Part shown: in pieces, positions 31,021 to 43,100 of the stretch
Position numbering within the stretch: the first letter of the stretch is position 1
Layout of the letters: each line of letters opens with the position of its first letter
From: an uncultured Planctomycetota bacterium
GTDB taxonomy: Bacteria; Planctomycetota; Planctomycetia; Isosphaerales; Isosphaeraceae
Reading direction: 5' to 3'
Assembly (NCBI GenBank): GCA_963823665.1
Contig: CAWGMQ010000004.1
Span: 1,120,001 to 1,184,000 of the forward strand
Length of the DNA stretch: 64,000 nt
The notes under the pieces: model-generated
What the model was told of the DNA's origin: nothing
The model's database searches: none
Seen by the model: the letters and a program-made list of their open reading frames with translations, nothing else
Program-made: the position numbers and the translations under genes

Positions 31021-31130
31021 GCGCAAGGGCCGACTGAATTGAATCGTCAGGCTGAAGCCTGACCTACTTGATGGGCTTAGCGCCCGAGGGCCGCCCGAAG
31101 TGAATCGTCAGGCCGAAGCCTGACCTACTT
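31021..31130 (-). repeat. Two tandem GTAG-family REP-like elements (61-bp period) after the BMC operon
   Basis: gaatcgtcaggcYgaagcctgacctact at 31041-31068 and 31102-31129, with similar flanks. Confidence 0.85.
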
Positions 31131-31179
31131 GAAGGCTCGCCTCGAACAACAGGCTCCAGATCGATCAGGAAACACCTTC

Positions 31180-33072
31180 ATGATTCGCAGACTGAACACG
31201 TCATTGCCCTTGCTCATCGCTTTCGGCTGGGCGCTGGGATTTGGCGGGCCGGCTCATGTCTTCGGACAGGGCCTCGAGTATATCAAGGCGAATTATACGA
31301 AGTACGAGTATCGCATTCCGATGCGGGACGGCGTGCATCTCTTCACATCGGTGTATGTCCCGAAGGATGAATCGCAACGATATCCGATCATGCTCTCGCG
31401 CACGCCTTACGGCGTCGGCCCGTACGGCACTGACTCATTCAAGAGCAACCTCGGGCCCTCGTCTTTGTTTGGCAAGGAGGGCTACATCGTGGCCTACCAG
31501 GACGTGCGTGGGCGATACATGTCGGAGGGCGAGTTCGTGAACATGCGGCCGCATCGTCCGCAGAAGAGCAACCCGAAAGAGATCGATGAGAGCAGCGATA
31601 CGTTCGACACGATCGATTGGTTGATCAAGAATGTGCCTCATAACAATGAGCGGGTGGGACTTTGGGGCATCTCGTATCCCGGTTTCTACACGGCCGCCGG
31701 CATGATCGATGCGCATCCTGCGCTCAAGGCAGCATCGCCACAGGCGCCGGTGACGGACTGGTTTACTGGCGACGACTGGCATCACAATGGCGCGTTCCTG
31801 TTGCCGCACGCCTTCCATTTCATGGCTGGGTTCGGTCATCCGCGGCCAGAGCCGACCACGAGATCCCGAGATCGCTTCGATGCGGGCACGCCGGACGGCT
31901 ATGACTTCTTCTTGCGGATGGGACCGCTCTCGAACGTGAACGCCCGGTACTTCAAGGACGATGTGCCGTTCTGGAAGGAGCTCATGCAGCACGGAACTTA
32001 TGATGAATTCTGGAAGGCTCGCAACCTGCGCCCGCACCTGAAGAACATCAAGCCGGCGGTGATGACGGTTGGAGGCTGGTATGACGCCGAGAACCTCTTC
32101 GGGGCGCTCGAGACTTACAAGAACGTGGAGGCCCAGAGTCCGGGTGCCACCAACGTTCTGGTGATGGGCCCGTGGAGGCACGGCGGCTGGAGCGGTGGCG
32201 ACGGATCGAAGCTGGGCCCGCTTTCGTTCTTCAGCAAGACGTCCGAGTTCTACCGTGAGGAGATCGAGTTCCCGTTCTTCCAGTTCTATCTGAAGGGCAA
32301 GGGCACGCCCAACCTGCCGGAGGCATGGGTCTTCGAGACCGGAACCAATCTATGGAAGAAGTACGATCACTGGCCGCCGAGCAGCCTCAGGAGCCGATCG
32401 CTGTTTCTGCACGGGCAGGGGAGGCTCTCCTTCGAACCGCCGGCTGACTCTGGGGCGTCCGCCTTTGACGAGTATGAAAGCGACCCCGCCCACCCCGTGG
32501 AATACATCGATCAGATCGAGATACGAATGACGGGCGATTATATGACACAAGATCAGCGCGTGGCCTCGCGTCGGCCTGATGTGCTGGTTTATGAAGGGCC
32601 GGTGCTCAAGGAGGCGATGACGATTTCGGGTGCGATCGAGGCCCGGCTTTTCGTGTCGACGACGGGCACCGACTCGGACTGGGTTGTGAAACTCATCGAC
32701 GTTTATCCCGACGATTACCGCGGCGCGGAAGCCGGCTCGTCCACCGCCAAGCTGGGTGGCTTCCAGCAGCTCGTCCGCGGCGACGTGATGCGCGGCAAGT
32801 TCCGTAACGGTCTGGATAAACCCGAACCGTTCGTTCCGGGGAGTCCGACGGCGGTGAGCTTCCGGCTAGCCGACATCGAGCACACGTTTCGACCGGGCCA
32901 CAGGATGATGGTGCAAATCCAGAGCACCTGGTTCCCGCTGATCGACCGAAATCCGCAGACGTTCGTGGACATCTACAACGCGAAGGCATCGGACTTCCGG
33001 AAGGCGACGCAGCATGTGTACCGATCGAGCGAGATGCCGTCGCACCTGGAGGTGCAGCAGGTGGTTCGCTGA
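31180..33072 (+). CDS. CocE/NonD family hydrolase (peptidase S15 / alpha-amino acid ester hydrolase-like), with signal peptide
   Basis: IPMRDGVHL, RTPY, QDVRGR, nucleophile motif WGISYPG, GPWRHG, HTFRPGHR. Confidence 0.92.
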   Translation: MIRRLNTSLPLLIAFGWALGFGGPAHVFGQGLEYIKANYTKYEYRIPMRDGVHLFTSVYVPKDESQRYPIMLSRTPYGVGPYGTDSFKSNLGPSSLFGKEGYIVAYQDVRGRYMSEGEFVNMRPHRPQKSNPKEIDESSDTFDTIDWLIKNVPHNNERVGLWGISYPGFYTAAGMIDAHPALKAASPQAPVTDWFTGDDWHHNGAFLLPHAFHFMAGFGHPRPEPTTRSRDRFDAGTPDGYDFFLRMGPLSNVNARYFKDDVPFWKELMQHGTYDEFWKARNLRPHLKNIKPAVMTVGGWYDAENLFGALETYKNVEAQSPGATNVLVMGPWRHGGWSGGDGSKLGPLSFFSKTSEFYREEIEFPFFQFYLKGKGTPNLPEAWVFETGTNLWKKYDHWPPSSLRSRSLFLHGQGRLSFEPPADSGASAFDEYESDPAHPVEYIDQIEIRMTGDYMTQDQRVASRRPDVLVYEGPVLKEAMTISGAIEARLFVSTTGTDSDWVVKLIDVYPDDYRGAEAGSSTAKLGGFQQLVRGDVMRGKFRNGLDKPEPFVPGSPTAVSFRLADIEHTFRPGHRMMVQIQSTWFPLIDRNPQTFVDIYNAKASDFRKATQHVYRSSEMPSHLEVQQVVR

Positions 33073-33324
33073 CGATCATTCGAGGACGATCCGCACGAGT
33101 ATCAGCCGCAGATCTCCCGCCAGCAACAGCCGGTGTTTTCACCGCATCTCTAACATGAGCTTGGTCGTAATCGGATCTTTCGAGTGGTAGACTTAGCGGG
33201 TATTATTGATGTGCCTCTGACCGAGCCTATCCACGTTCAACATTCTCTTCAACAAACCTCGCAGTCGTGAGGACAGACGTTCTTCGAGGTTTCCACTTGC
33301 GCCCGCCGGTGGGAATTGAGTTTC

Positions 33325-36300
33325 ATGGGCCCACGAACCCCTTGCCCACATCCGACACGTCTCCGGCAATTCTTGCGTGACCGCGCCCAAATCCCCGCGA
33401 CCGATCGCGTGCGGGAGCATCTCGCGCAGTGTGAATCCTGTCGATTGGTGGTCGCCGGCCTTGAGTCCGAATCCGAAGAGGGGACTCAGCAGACACTCGT
33501 CGACCTTGGCCTGGCTCAATCGGGCCAGACGGTTTTCTTCCACGATCCCAGGAAAGACGCTCGGCGGCACGAAGACGGTCCGGCGGTCACGACGATCCAG
33601 ATCACGGTCGACTCGGCCAAAGAGCCAACCGATGTTGATTCAGGATTTGACGTATCGAGCGCGACCAAGCAAGCGAGCCTGCGAATCACATCCGATACCA
33701 TGTCGACCTGCGAGATCGCGCCCGGTGGCGAGTCGGACACCGGGTCGTTCGTGTTGCCGAATACTCCAACCCTGAGCGACTCAGGTCCGGCTGGCACAAT
33801 CGAGTCCGATTCGATCACGACGTGCGAAATCGTTCCGGGTGGCGGTGCGGACTCGGGGTCGTTCGAATTGCAGGGCACGCCCGAGGTACCCAGCGCCTTC
33901 TCGGAAACATGTGTGCTCGAGACCGGCACGCGTTCGAGCCAGACCGGCCGATCCGACCAACGGTTTGCGCCGACTTTGTTCGACTCCAAGTCAGATGCGG
34001 TTTCCAGCCCGGCCAAGCTCGATAACGTGAGTGTTCCCGGTTACGACCTTCTGGAGGAGCTCGGGCGGGGCGGCATGGGCGTGGTGTACAAGGCCCGCGA
34101 TCGGCGGCTGCAGCGGCTGGTTGCGCTCAAGATGGTGCTGGCCGGCGCGCACGTGGGCGCGGCGGGGCTGGCGCGGTTTCGTGCCGAGGCCGAAGCTGTT
34201 GCGAAGCTCTCCCATGCGAACATCGTGCAAATCTACGAGACCGGCGAGCACGAAGGCCGGCCGTATTTCTCACTCGAGCTGGTTGACGGAGGCAGCCTCG
34301 AGCAGCGGATTCTCGAGAGCCCGGCCACCCCGCTAGCAGCCGCGGCGTTCGTCGAGACGCTGGCGCGTACCATGGCGGTGGCGCATGAGCGCGGGATTGT
34401 CCATCGCGATCTCAAACCGGCGAATATCCTGCTGGCGAAGATGGGCAGCGGGTCGTCAATTGTGAAGAGCCGGGATTCTGACTCGCATACTCTACCCGCG
34501 GACCACTGGTCACGAAGCACGATTCCCAAGATCGCGGACTTTGGTCTGGCCAAGCAGGTGGACGACGATTCGAGCCAGACCAAGAGCGGGACGATCATGG
34601 GCACGCCCAGTTACATGGCGCCCGAGCAGGCGGCGGGAAAGAACCGGGAAATAGGGCCGGGAGCCGACATCTACTCACTCGGAGCGATCCTGTATGAAAT
34701 GCTGGTTGGCCGGCCGCCGTTCAAGGCAGGCAATCCGATCGACACGATTCGCCAGGTCATCGAGCAAGAGCCGGTGCCACCCCGCCAGCTCGAGCCGCGG
34801 GTGCCGCACGACCTGGAGACGATCTGCCTGAAATGTCTGGAGAAGGAGCCCGCGCGCCGATTCGCCACGGCGCTTGACCTGGCGGACGACTTGCGTCGCT
34901 TCGTTCTAGGCGACCCGATTCACGCCCGACCGACGCCGACATGGGAACGCGCCTGGAAATGGGGAAAACGCCGGCCGCTCGCCGTGGCACTTGTGGGGGT
35001 GATCGCTCTGGGGGCACTGAGCACCGTGCTGTTCATTGTCTGGCACAACGGCGTGTTGCAAACCAAGCTCGACGTTGCATTGACGGAAGAGCGGCAGGCG
35101 CGCAGCGTGAGCTCGACGCGCGCGAGGAGCAACGGCTGACGCTCGTGCAGCAAGGGGGGCAGAAGCTCTTCGACAGCGCCCGGGTCGCGGCGGCGGCCGG
35201 CGATTGGCCTCGCGCTCGAGTTGACCTCGAGAAGGCGCTCACCACGATCGGCGGCGATTCCCGGCTTGCATCACTCAAGGAGCCCGCTGTCGCCCTGCTC
35301 AAGCGTGCGGAGCAGGAACTGCGAATCGAAGCCGATCGACGGTCGTCCCGGGCCCGATTTCAATCGTTCGTCGGGTTGCGCGACGAGGCCCAGTTTCTGG
35401 GCACGCTCTACACCGGCATGGACTTGGCCGCCAACCTGCAAGCCGCGCGCACCTCCGTCCATAAGGCCCTGGCAGTCTACGGTGTCGTGGCCGGGGAGGA
35501 AGCTCGACCCAAGTTGGACGCCTACTTGAGCGAGGCGCAGCAGGCCGAGATCCTGGCGGATTGGTCACAACTTCTGTTGATTCTTGCCGAGACCGAAGCC
35601 CAGTCCACGTCCAAGGAGAAGCCGCTCGAAAAGGAACAGTACCTGCGTAAAGCTTTGAGCTACCTCGAGCAGGCGCGGCGGTTGGGAGCGCCCCTCCGGG
35701 CTTTGCACCTGCGGCGGGCACGCTACCTGAACCTGCTCGGCGACACCAAAGGGGCGGCCCGCGACCAACAGGCGGCCCAAGCTGCTGCTGTCGACGACGT
35801 GTTCGATCACTTCCTGATGGCGGACGAGCTCTATCGCCGGGAACAGTTCGCCGAGGCGATCAAGGAGTTTGATCGCGTACTCGAGCGCAAGCCCGGCCAT
35901 TTTTGGGCGCAGTACCTGAACGCGCTTTGTCTCTTGCGGCAACAGCGACCTGCCGAGGCGCGGGCGCTCTTGAGCGCGTGTCTTGCGCAGCGATCTGATT
36001 TTGTCTGGCTTTATCTGCTGCGCGGCTTTGCCCACCAAGAGCTCCAGGCATGGGCCGCTGCCGATTCCGACTTCGAGCGCGCCTCGAAACTCGCCCTCGA
36101 TGAAAACGCTCGCTATGTTCTCCTGGTCAATCGCGGAGTCTTACGCGTCCGAAGCGACCGAAGCGACGAGGCCATCACCGATCTCAAGGCCGCGATCGCA
36201 CTCAAGCCGGGCGCCTACCAGGCATACGTGAATCTGGCTCAAGCGTACCGCCGACAGAATAAGCTTGAACTGGCACTCGATCAATTGAATCGCGCCCTCA

Positions 36301-37157
36301 AGCTCGAGCCTGGTCTGGCCCACCTCTACCGTCTGCGAGCACGGCTTCATCTCGCACGCGATGAAGCCGATCTCGCCTTGACCAACCTCGACCGGGCGAT
36401 CGAGCTCGAACATGACGGCAGCCCCTACGAGGTTGACGACAATATCGAGCGTGGACGTCTGCTTTTGCGCAGCGGCAAGCACGCGCAGGCGCTCGCTTCA
36501 TTCGACGCTGCTCTGGCCTTGCGGGCGGATGATCCGGCCGGCCAGCGCCTTCGTGCGGAGGCCCTGTTTCGGTTGGGCCGATTCCACGACGTGGTCGAGG
36601 CGTTCGACGGCTATCTTGAAAATGGCAAGCCGCTCGAGTCGGTCTATCGCGGCCGCGGACTGGCGCGCTCAGAGCTGGGCCAGTACCCCGGCGCAATCGA
36701 TGATTTCACGAAAGCGCTCGAGCTGCACCCGACCTCGGCCGTGCAGGCGTATCGCGGCTGGACTTACCTGGTCACCGACGCGCCGAAGCTCGCCCTGCGC
36801 GACTTCGAGCTGGCCATCGAGCTCGATCCGAAGAATGCCGACGCCTACAACGGCCGTGGCTTCGCCCGCGCCAAGCTGGGCCGACACCGTGAGGCTGCGC
36901 AGGACGTCGCGCAAGCACTGAGCCTCGGTCCGCCGTCTGCTCGCTTGCTTTACAATGGCGCGCGGGCTCTCGCCCAGTGCCCTAACCCGCACCCACGCCG
37001 TGCGGTGGAGTTGATCAAACAGGCCCTGAGCTCGCTTCCCGCCGAAAAGCGCCGCGACTTCTGGACCGCACACATCGCCAAAGATGCGGCTTTCGCCGCG
37101 CTGCGCAATCAACCGTCGTTCACCAAGCTCGAATTCGAGCTGTCCGGAGCGAACTGA
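33325..37157 (+). CDS. Ser/Thr kinase-TM-TPR protein, copy A (1-nt deletion near 35102)
   Basis: [57 protein letters not shown] array in 34941..37157. The frameshift is resolved by alignment to copy B. Confidence 0.92.
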
Positions 37158-37160
37158 TTC

Positions 37161-40100
37161 ATGCCTCTTCGAGCAAGAGCCATGCGCCGAGTCAGCCCCT
37201 GGCATCGCCTGGCCGAGTTCCGGCTGCCCGACGGCGACTGGCTCGAGCATCGCACTCTGCTCGCGGCCAGTCCGTTGAGCTCAGCCGTGCCGCTGCACTT
37301 CGGCCTGTTCGACGACGCAACGGAGTCGCACTTCCTGTCCACTCCCGGCGAGTTCGACTTATACTCTCTTGCGCTTCAAAGCGGTGACACGGTTTACTCG
37401 AGCATCGACGCCCAGAATTCCGGCAGCACATTGACCAGCCTCCTGCGAGTCTTCGATTCTAGCGGAACTGCGCTGGCGCTTGACAACCAGGAGGGGGGCG
37501 ACCCGCAACTGACCTTCCAGGCAGCGACCGCCGGCACTTACTACATCGGCGTCAGCAGCGCGCCTGACGACGACTACAATCCGCTCTTCTCAAGCAGCGG
37601 CTCCCCAGGTGGCAGCACGGGCCGTTACACCCTCGACGTAAGGCGCACGAGCGGGCCGCTCATGCCGGATCTGACCGGGAGCTCGTTCCGGACGGGGCTC
37701 GACATGGCCGCCCCCGGCGAGAGTGTCCCTGTCAGCTTCACTGTCCAGAACCGAGGCGCCGCCGACCCCGGCAACTTTCGGGTTCAGGTGCTCATCGCCC
37801 CGAACAACCTCTTCGACAGTTCGGCCCAAGTGCTCGCGACGTTCACGCGCAGTCAGTTGGTCGCCGACGCGACGGGCCGGAGCTTCTCGTCGCCGGCGGG
37901 TTTTGCGGTCACGGTGCCCGCCGGCTGGGCAATAGGGCCTGCCGACCTCGGCCTGCGCATCGTGGCCGACCCGGCGGTGCCCGAAGCCGGCCTGTACGAC
38001 AAGAGCGGCGTCCATCGCGGTTCAGACTGGGAGTTCTTGACAGTCGTCACCGCCAACTCCGGCGGTGCAGCCGATTTGTCCGCGATCGACGCCGGGTTGT
38101 ACACGGAGACGCTGGGCACGCTCAGGAGCGCGAGCCCTGTTTCCGCCTACTCCTTCACGGTGAGCAGCGCCCTGGGCATCGGCGAGATCAAGGCGGAAGC
38201 CAGCGCCACGAGCGGCGCCCTGGAGCCGCGCCTCACGCTCTCGGGAGCGACAGGCCAGGTGTTGATCCAATCCGATAGCGGCCTGATCGTCCAGACGCTC
38301 GAGCCCGGAACGTACTTGCTGAGCGTCTCAGAGGAAGCGGGCAACGGGGGCTACCGGCTCACGACGGCCTACACCCAGATCGCCGCCGTGCCGTTTTCGC
38401 CACTTCCGTCGGGCGCGGGAACCGACTCGGTCGCGGTTGGGGACTTGACCGGCGATGGATTTCAGGATGTAGTCACCGCCAATCGGATAGGTGACACGGT
38501 CAGCGTGTTTCTCAGCAACGGCGACGGGACATTCCAGCCCCCCGAGACGTACGGCGTCGGCGACCGCGTGTGGCGCGTGACGATTGCCGACGCCACGGGC
38601 AACGGGAAGCTCGATATCCTCACCGCCAACAAGGGCTCGAACACGATCAGCATCCTTCTGAACAACGGTGACGGCACGTTCGAGCCCCAGTTCACGCTTC
38701 CCACCGGCACCCGCCCTGGTGACGTGACGGTGGCCGACTTGAACGGGGATGGCATCCCGGACCTGGTCGTGTCCAACTATGCCGATGACACGATCTGGAT
38801 CTATCTGGGCGAAGGGGATGACAAGTTCGAGCCCGCGGAAGTCTACGCCACCGACCAGGGTGGCTTCGCCGGCCCAGTCCAGGTCGCGGTTGCCGACTTG
38901 ACCGGGGACGGAGTACCCGACCTGATCTACGCTGACTACGTCACCGGCAACGTCGCCGTCCGGCTGGGCAATGGCGACGGCACGTTCGGGCCTGAGACGA
39001 CCTATCCCACCGCAGCGGGCAGCCACGATCTCGCGGCAGTGGACTTGACCGGCAACGGCAAGATCGACCTGGTTACCGTTAACGCGGTCGCCAATAGCGT
39101 GAGCGTGCTCCTGGGCAACGGCGACGGCACGTTTCTTCCCGAGACGGTTTATCCTGTCGGCACAAACCCGTATTCGCTCGCGATCGCCGAGCTGAATGGT
39201 GACGGCACACCCGACATCGTCGTCAACAACCGGGGCGGTAATACGGTGAGCGTGCTTCTGGGCAACGGCGACGGCACGTTCGAGCCCCAGGAAACCTATC
39301 CCACCGGCACGACGCCGCGCTCGGTCGCCGCGGGCCAGCTCGTCCCGGGCGGTCCGGTCGACATCGTCACCGCCAATCTGGGCGACGACACCGCGAGCAT
39401 CCTCCTGGGCAGGGGTGACGGCACGTTCTCCTTCGGCGCCGAGCAAACAGCCCCCGCCGCGCCACTGGCTCCGTTCCAGGTCGTCGTGGCTGACTTGAAC
39501 GGCGACGGCATCCCCGACATCGTCACGGCGAACAGGCCCGAGAGCAGCGTGAGCGTGCTTCTGGGCAACCGCGACGGATCATTTCAAACCAAGGAGACCT
39601 ACCCTACGGGCGAAGGCCCGTTCTCGGTTGCGGTGGCTGACCTGACCGGCGACGGCATTCCCGACATCCTCACGGCGAACTACGAAAGCGCGACCGTCAG
39701 CGTGCTGCTGGGCAACGGTGACGGCACGTTCCAGCCTTACTTCAACCTTCCCGCCGGCAGCGACCCTTATGACGTCAAGGTCGCCGATTTACGAGGCGAC
39801 GGCAAGGAAGACATCATCGTCACCAACAAGAACGATAACGACGTCGGCGTGATGCTGGGCAACGGGAATGGCACGTTCCAGCCGATGGTGACCTACCCGG
39901 TCGCGTCCGGCCCTTACGTAGTCGTGGTGGACGACCTCACCGGCAACGGAATTCCCGACCTGGTCGTCAGCCATTTCAGTGCCAATGTGGTTGACGTGCT
40001 CATGGGCAACGGTAATGGCACATTTCAACCCGCGCTCGAGTTTCCCGTCGGATCGCACCCGTATGGGCTCGCGGTGGCCGATCTTACCGGCGACGGCTTG

Positions 40101-43100
40101 TCCGACATCGTCACGTCCGACTATAAAGACAACGAAGTCAGCGTCCTGTTGAACGAGGGCGTCAGTCCCACAACTCACCGAATTGAATTCGGCCCACCGC
40201 AGGATTACACCGTGGGCAAGGGCCCCAACGAGGTGCAGGTCGCAGACTTGACCGGCGACGGCATCTCCGACATCGTCACGGCCAACTACGGCAGCGACAC
40301 AGTGAGCGTGCTCTTGGGCAACGGCAACGGCACGTTCCGGCCACAGCAGACCTTCCCCGCTGGCAGCGGCCCCGCCTCCCTGGCCATTGCCGACATGACC
40401 GGCAACGGCAAGCTCGACCTAGTCGTCGGCAACCGCAATGCCAGCACCGTCAGCGTGCTCTATGGCAATGGCAACGGCACATTCTCTTCGCCGCTAACCA
40501 TCGGCGCAGGCGAACGGAACTACTCGGTGGCCGTTGCCGACTTGACGGACGACGGTGATCTCGACGTGATCACCACCAGCGCGCTCAAGAACACGTTGAC
40601 CGTGCAGCTCGGCAACGGCGACGGCACGTTCGGGCCGGCCCGGACGATCCCGGTCGGACTCGGGCCCACATCGGTGGCCGTGGCCGATTTCAACGGCGAC
40701 GGCCGGCCCGACCTCGTGACGACCAACTCCGAGGGCGACTCGGTGAGCGTGCTCCTGGGCAACGGCGACGGCAGCTTCAGCGTGCAGCAGACCTACCCGG
40801 TCGGCGACAGCCCACGCGCCGTCGCGGTCGCCGACCTGACCGGCGACGGCATCGAAGACCTGGTTGTCGCCAACTACAACGACAATACCGTCAGCGTGCT
40901 GCTCGGCAGGGGGGACGGCACCTTCCTGCCGCAGGAGGTCTTCCCCGTCGGCGACAAACCATATTCGGTCGCGCTGGCCGATTTGACCGGCGACGGCCGC
41001 GACGACATCATCATCGCCAATTCCGCCAGCGACACCGTCAGCGTGCTGATGAATCTGGGCGGTACCAGCAACCACGTCAACTTCGCGCCCCAGATCACGC
41101 TGGCCACGGGCCGCGACCCGGTCTCCGTGGCGGTCGCCGACTTATACGGCGACGGCACGCCGGACATCATCACGGCAAATGCCTTCGACAACACGGTGAG
41201 CGTGATCGCCCAGAACGCCCAAAGAGCGTTCCAGCCGCAACAGACCTTCCAAGTCGGCTCGCGCCCCTACTCGGTGGCCGCGTCCGACTTGACCGGCGAC
41301 GGCGAGCTCGACATCATCACCGCGAACTACGGCGGTGACAACGTGAGCGTTCTCCTGAACAACGGCGATGATTCGTTTCTGAGCCAGCAGACTTTCGCCA
41401 CCGAGCTCGCGCCGTCCAGACGGTGGTGGCCGACGTCAACGGCGACGGCCGGCCCGACCTCGTCACCGCCAGCAACCACGACAGCGCGATCGGCGTCCTA
41501 CTGGGCAAGGGCAATGGTACCTTCGAGCCGGCACCCGCCGGCACCGGCGTCGGGCTATCCGACACGCCGTTCCTGGCTGATTTCAATGGCAGCGGGAACG
41601 ACGGCAGTGTCGTCCTGGATCGGTCGGGAGAAATCCTCTATCGCGCGGGGATCCCAGGCGACCCCGGCACATTCGCAACTCCGGTGGTCCTCAATCCCGG
41701 CCGCCCGGCGCGCGCGATCACGGTCTTGCAGATCGGTTCTCAATACGCCGTCGCGGCCGCCGATACCCACTTCGACCCGACGCTCTCAATCAATCAATTT
41801 ATCTTTACGGTTTCGATCTACACGGTCAGCGCCAGCGGGCAGGTGAGCCGGCGCACGGCGTTCGCAACCCCGGATTTGCCCACGAGCCTCGCCGTGGAAG
41901 ACCTCACTGGAAACGGACTCGACGACTTGGTCGCGGCCAACGCGCTCGACAACAGCGTCACGATCGCCCTCCAAACTGGAACGGGACTCTTCGCAGCACC
42001 CATGACTGTGCCCGCCGGTGTCGCGCCGTCTGACATCGCCTTTGGCGACTTCACCAGCAACGGGCTGCCGGACATCGTCGTCGCTGATCAATCCTCGGGC
42101 GATGTGACTGTTCTCTTGAATTCGCCCACGCACACGTTCACGCAGTCGCTGCGTTTCCGCGCCAGCACAGGGCTTTACGGACTCGAGACCACTTCGGACA
42201 ATCCCACCGTCAGCTCGTTCACTGAGACGGTCAGCGTTGTGGCTGGAGATTTCACGGGCGACGACGATCTCGTCGTCGTTAATCAAGACACGCATAGCTT
42301 CACCCTCTTGGTTGGCGACGGCAACGGCGGCTTTGCCAATCCTACCCTGGCGCTTTCGACCTCGACGAGTGATGGTTCAATCATCAACGAACGCCCCGGT
42401 GCGATCGTGGCGGGTGACTTCAGCCGCGACGGCAATCTGGATCTGGCCGTGCTGATGGAGGATACCGGCCTAGTCTGGATTTATTCCGGGAACGGCGACG
42501 GCACGTTCCGCCATACGTTCAGCATTCCCGTCGGCGATGAAGCGACCGGCTTATCCGTGGTTCCGGGCAACGGGCCGGGCCTCTTTGACCTGCTGGTCGG
42601 CAACGGCTATGGTGATGTGCTGATCCTGGAAGGCAAGGGGGATGGGACGTTTCAGATCCAGGGAAGTCGCGTATCACTCTCGGTCGTGCCCAATTTGCTC
42701 GGGCCGGGCCAGGCCGGAGTGTTGGTCGGCAATCAGCAGAACAACCGGGTCACGATCCAGGCGCCGTCGAGCAATGGCACGCAGTACACGCCGGTGCAGA
42801 CGCTCGGCGCCTCATCGTCGTCGGCCGAGGCGCTGGCGCCCGGCGACGTTCAGTGGGCATACCTCGACGAGGGAGCGCCGTTGCCCGATGCGATCGTGGT
42901 GAGCAGCGGGTCGAACGCCGTGGTAGTCTATCGCACGCTGTCGGTCACGAACGGCGTGCCGACGTTTGCGCCGTCGCCGGAAACCTACTTCGTCGGCACC
43001 GACCCGGTCAGCGTGACCGTGACCGATGTGAACGGAGACGGCATTCCCGACATGTTGATCGCCGACCAGGGCAGCAACGACGTCTCGGTGTTGTTCGGCT

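Noticed and set aside
31021..31130. 28-bp repeats with 33-bp spacing as a mini-CRISPR
   Set aside because: Only two copies, the 'spacer' partly resembles the upstream flank, and the same hairpin occurs singly at 20145 and 27526, as expected for REPs.
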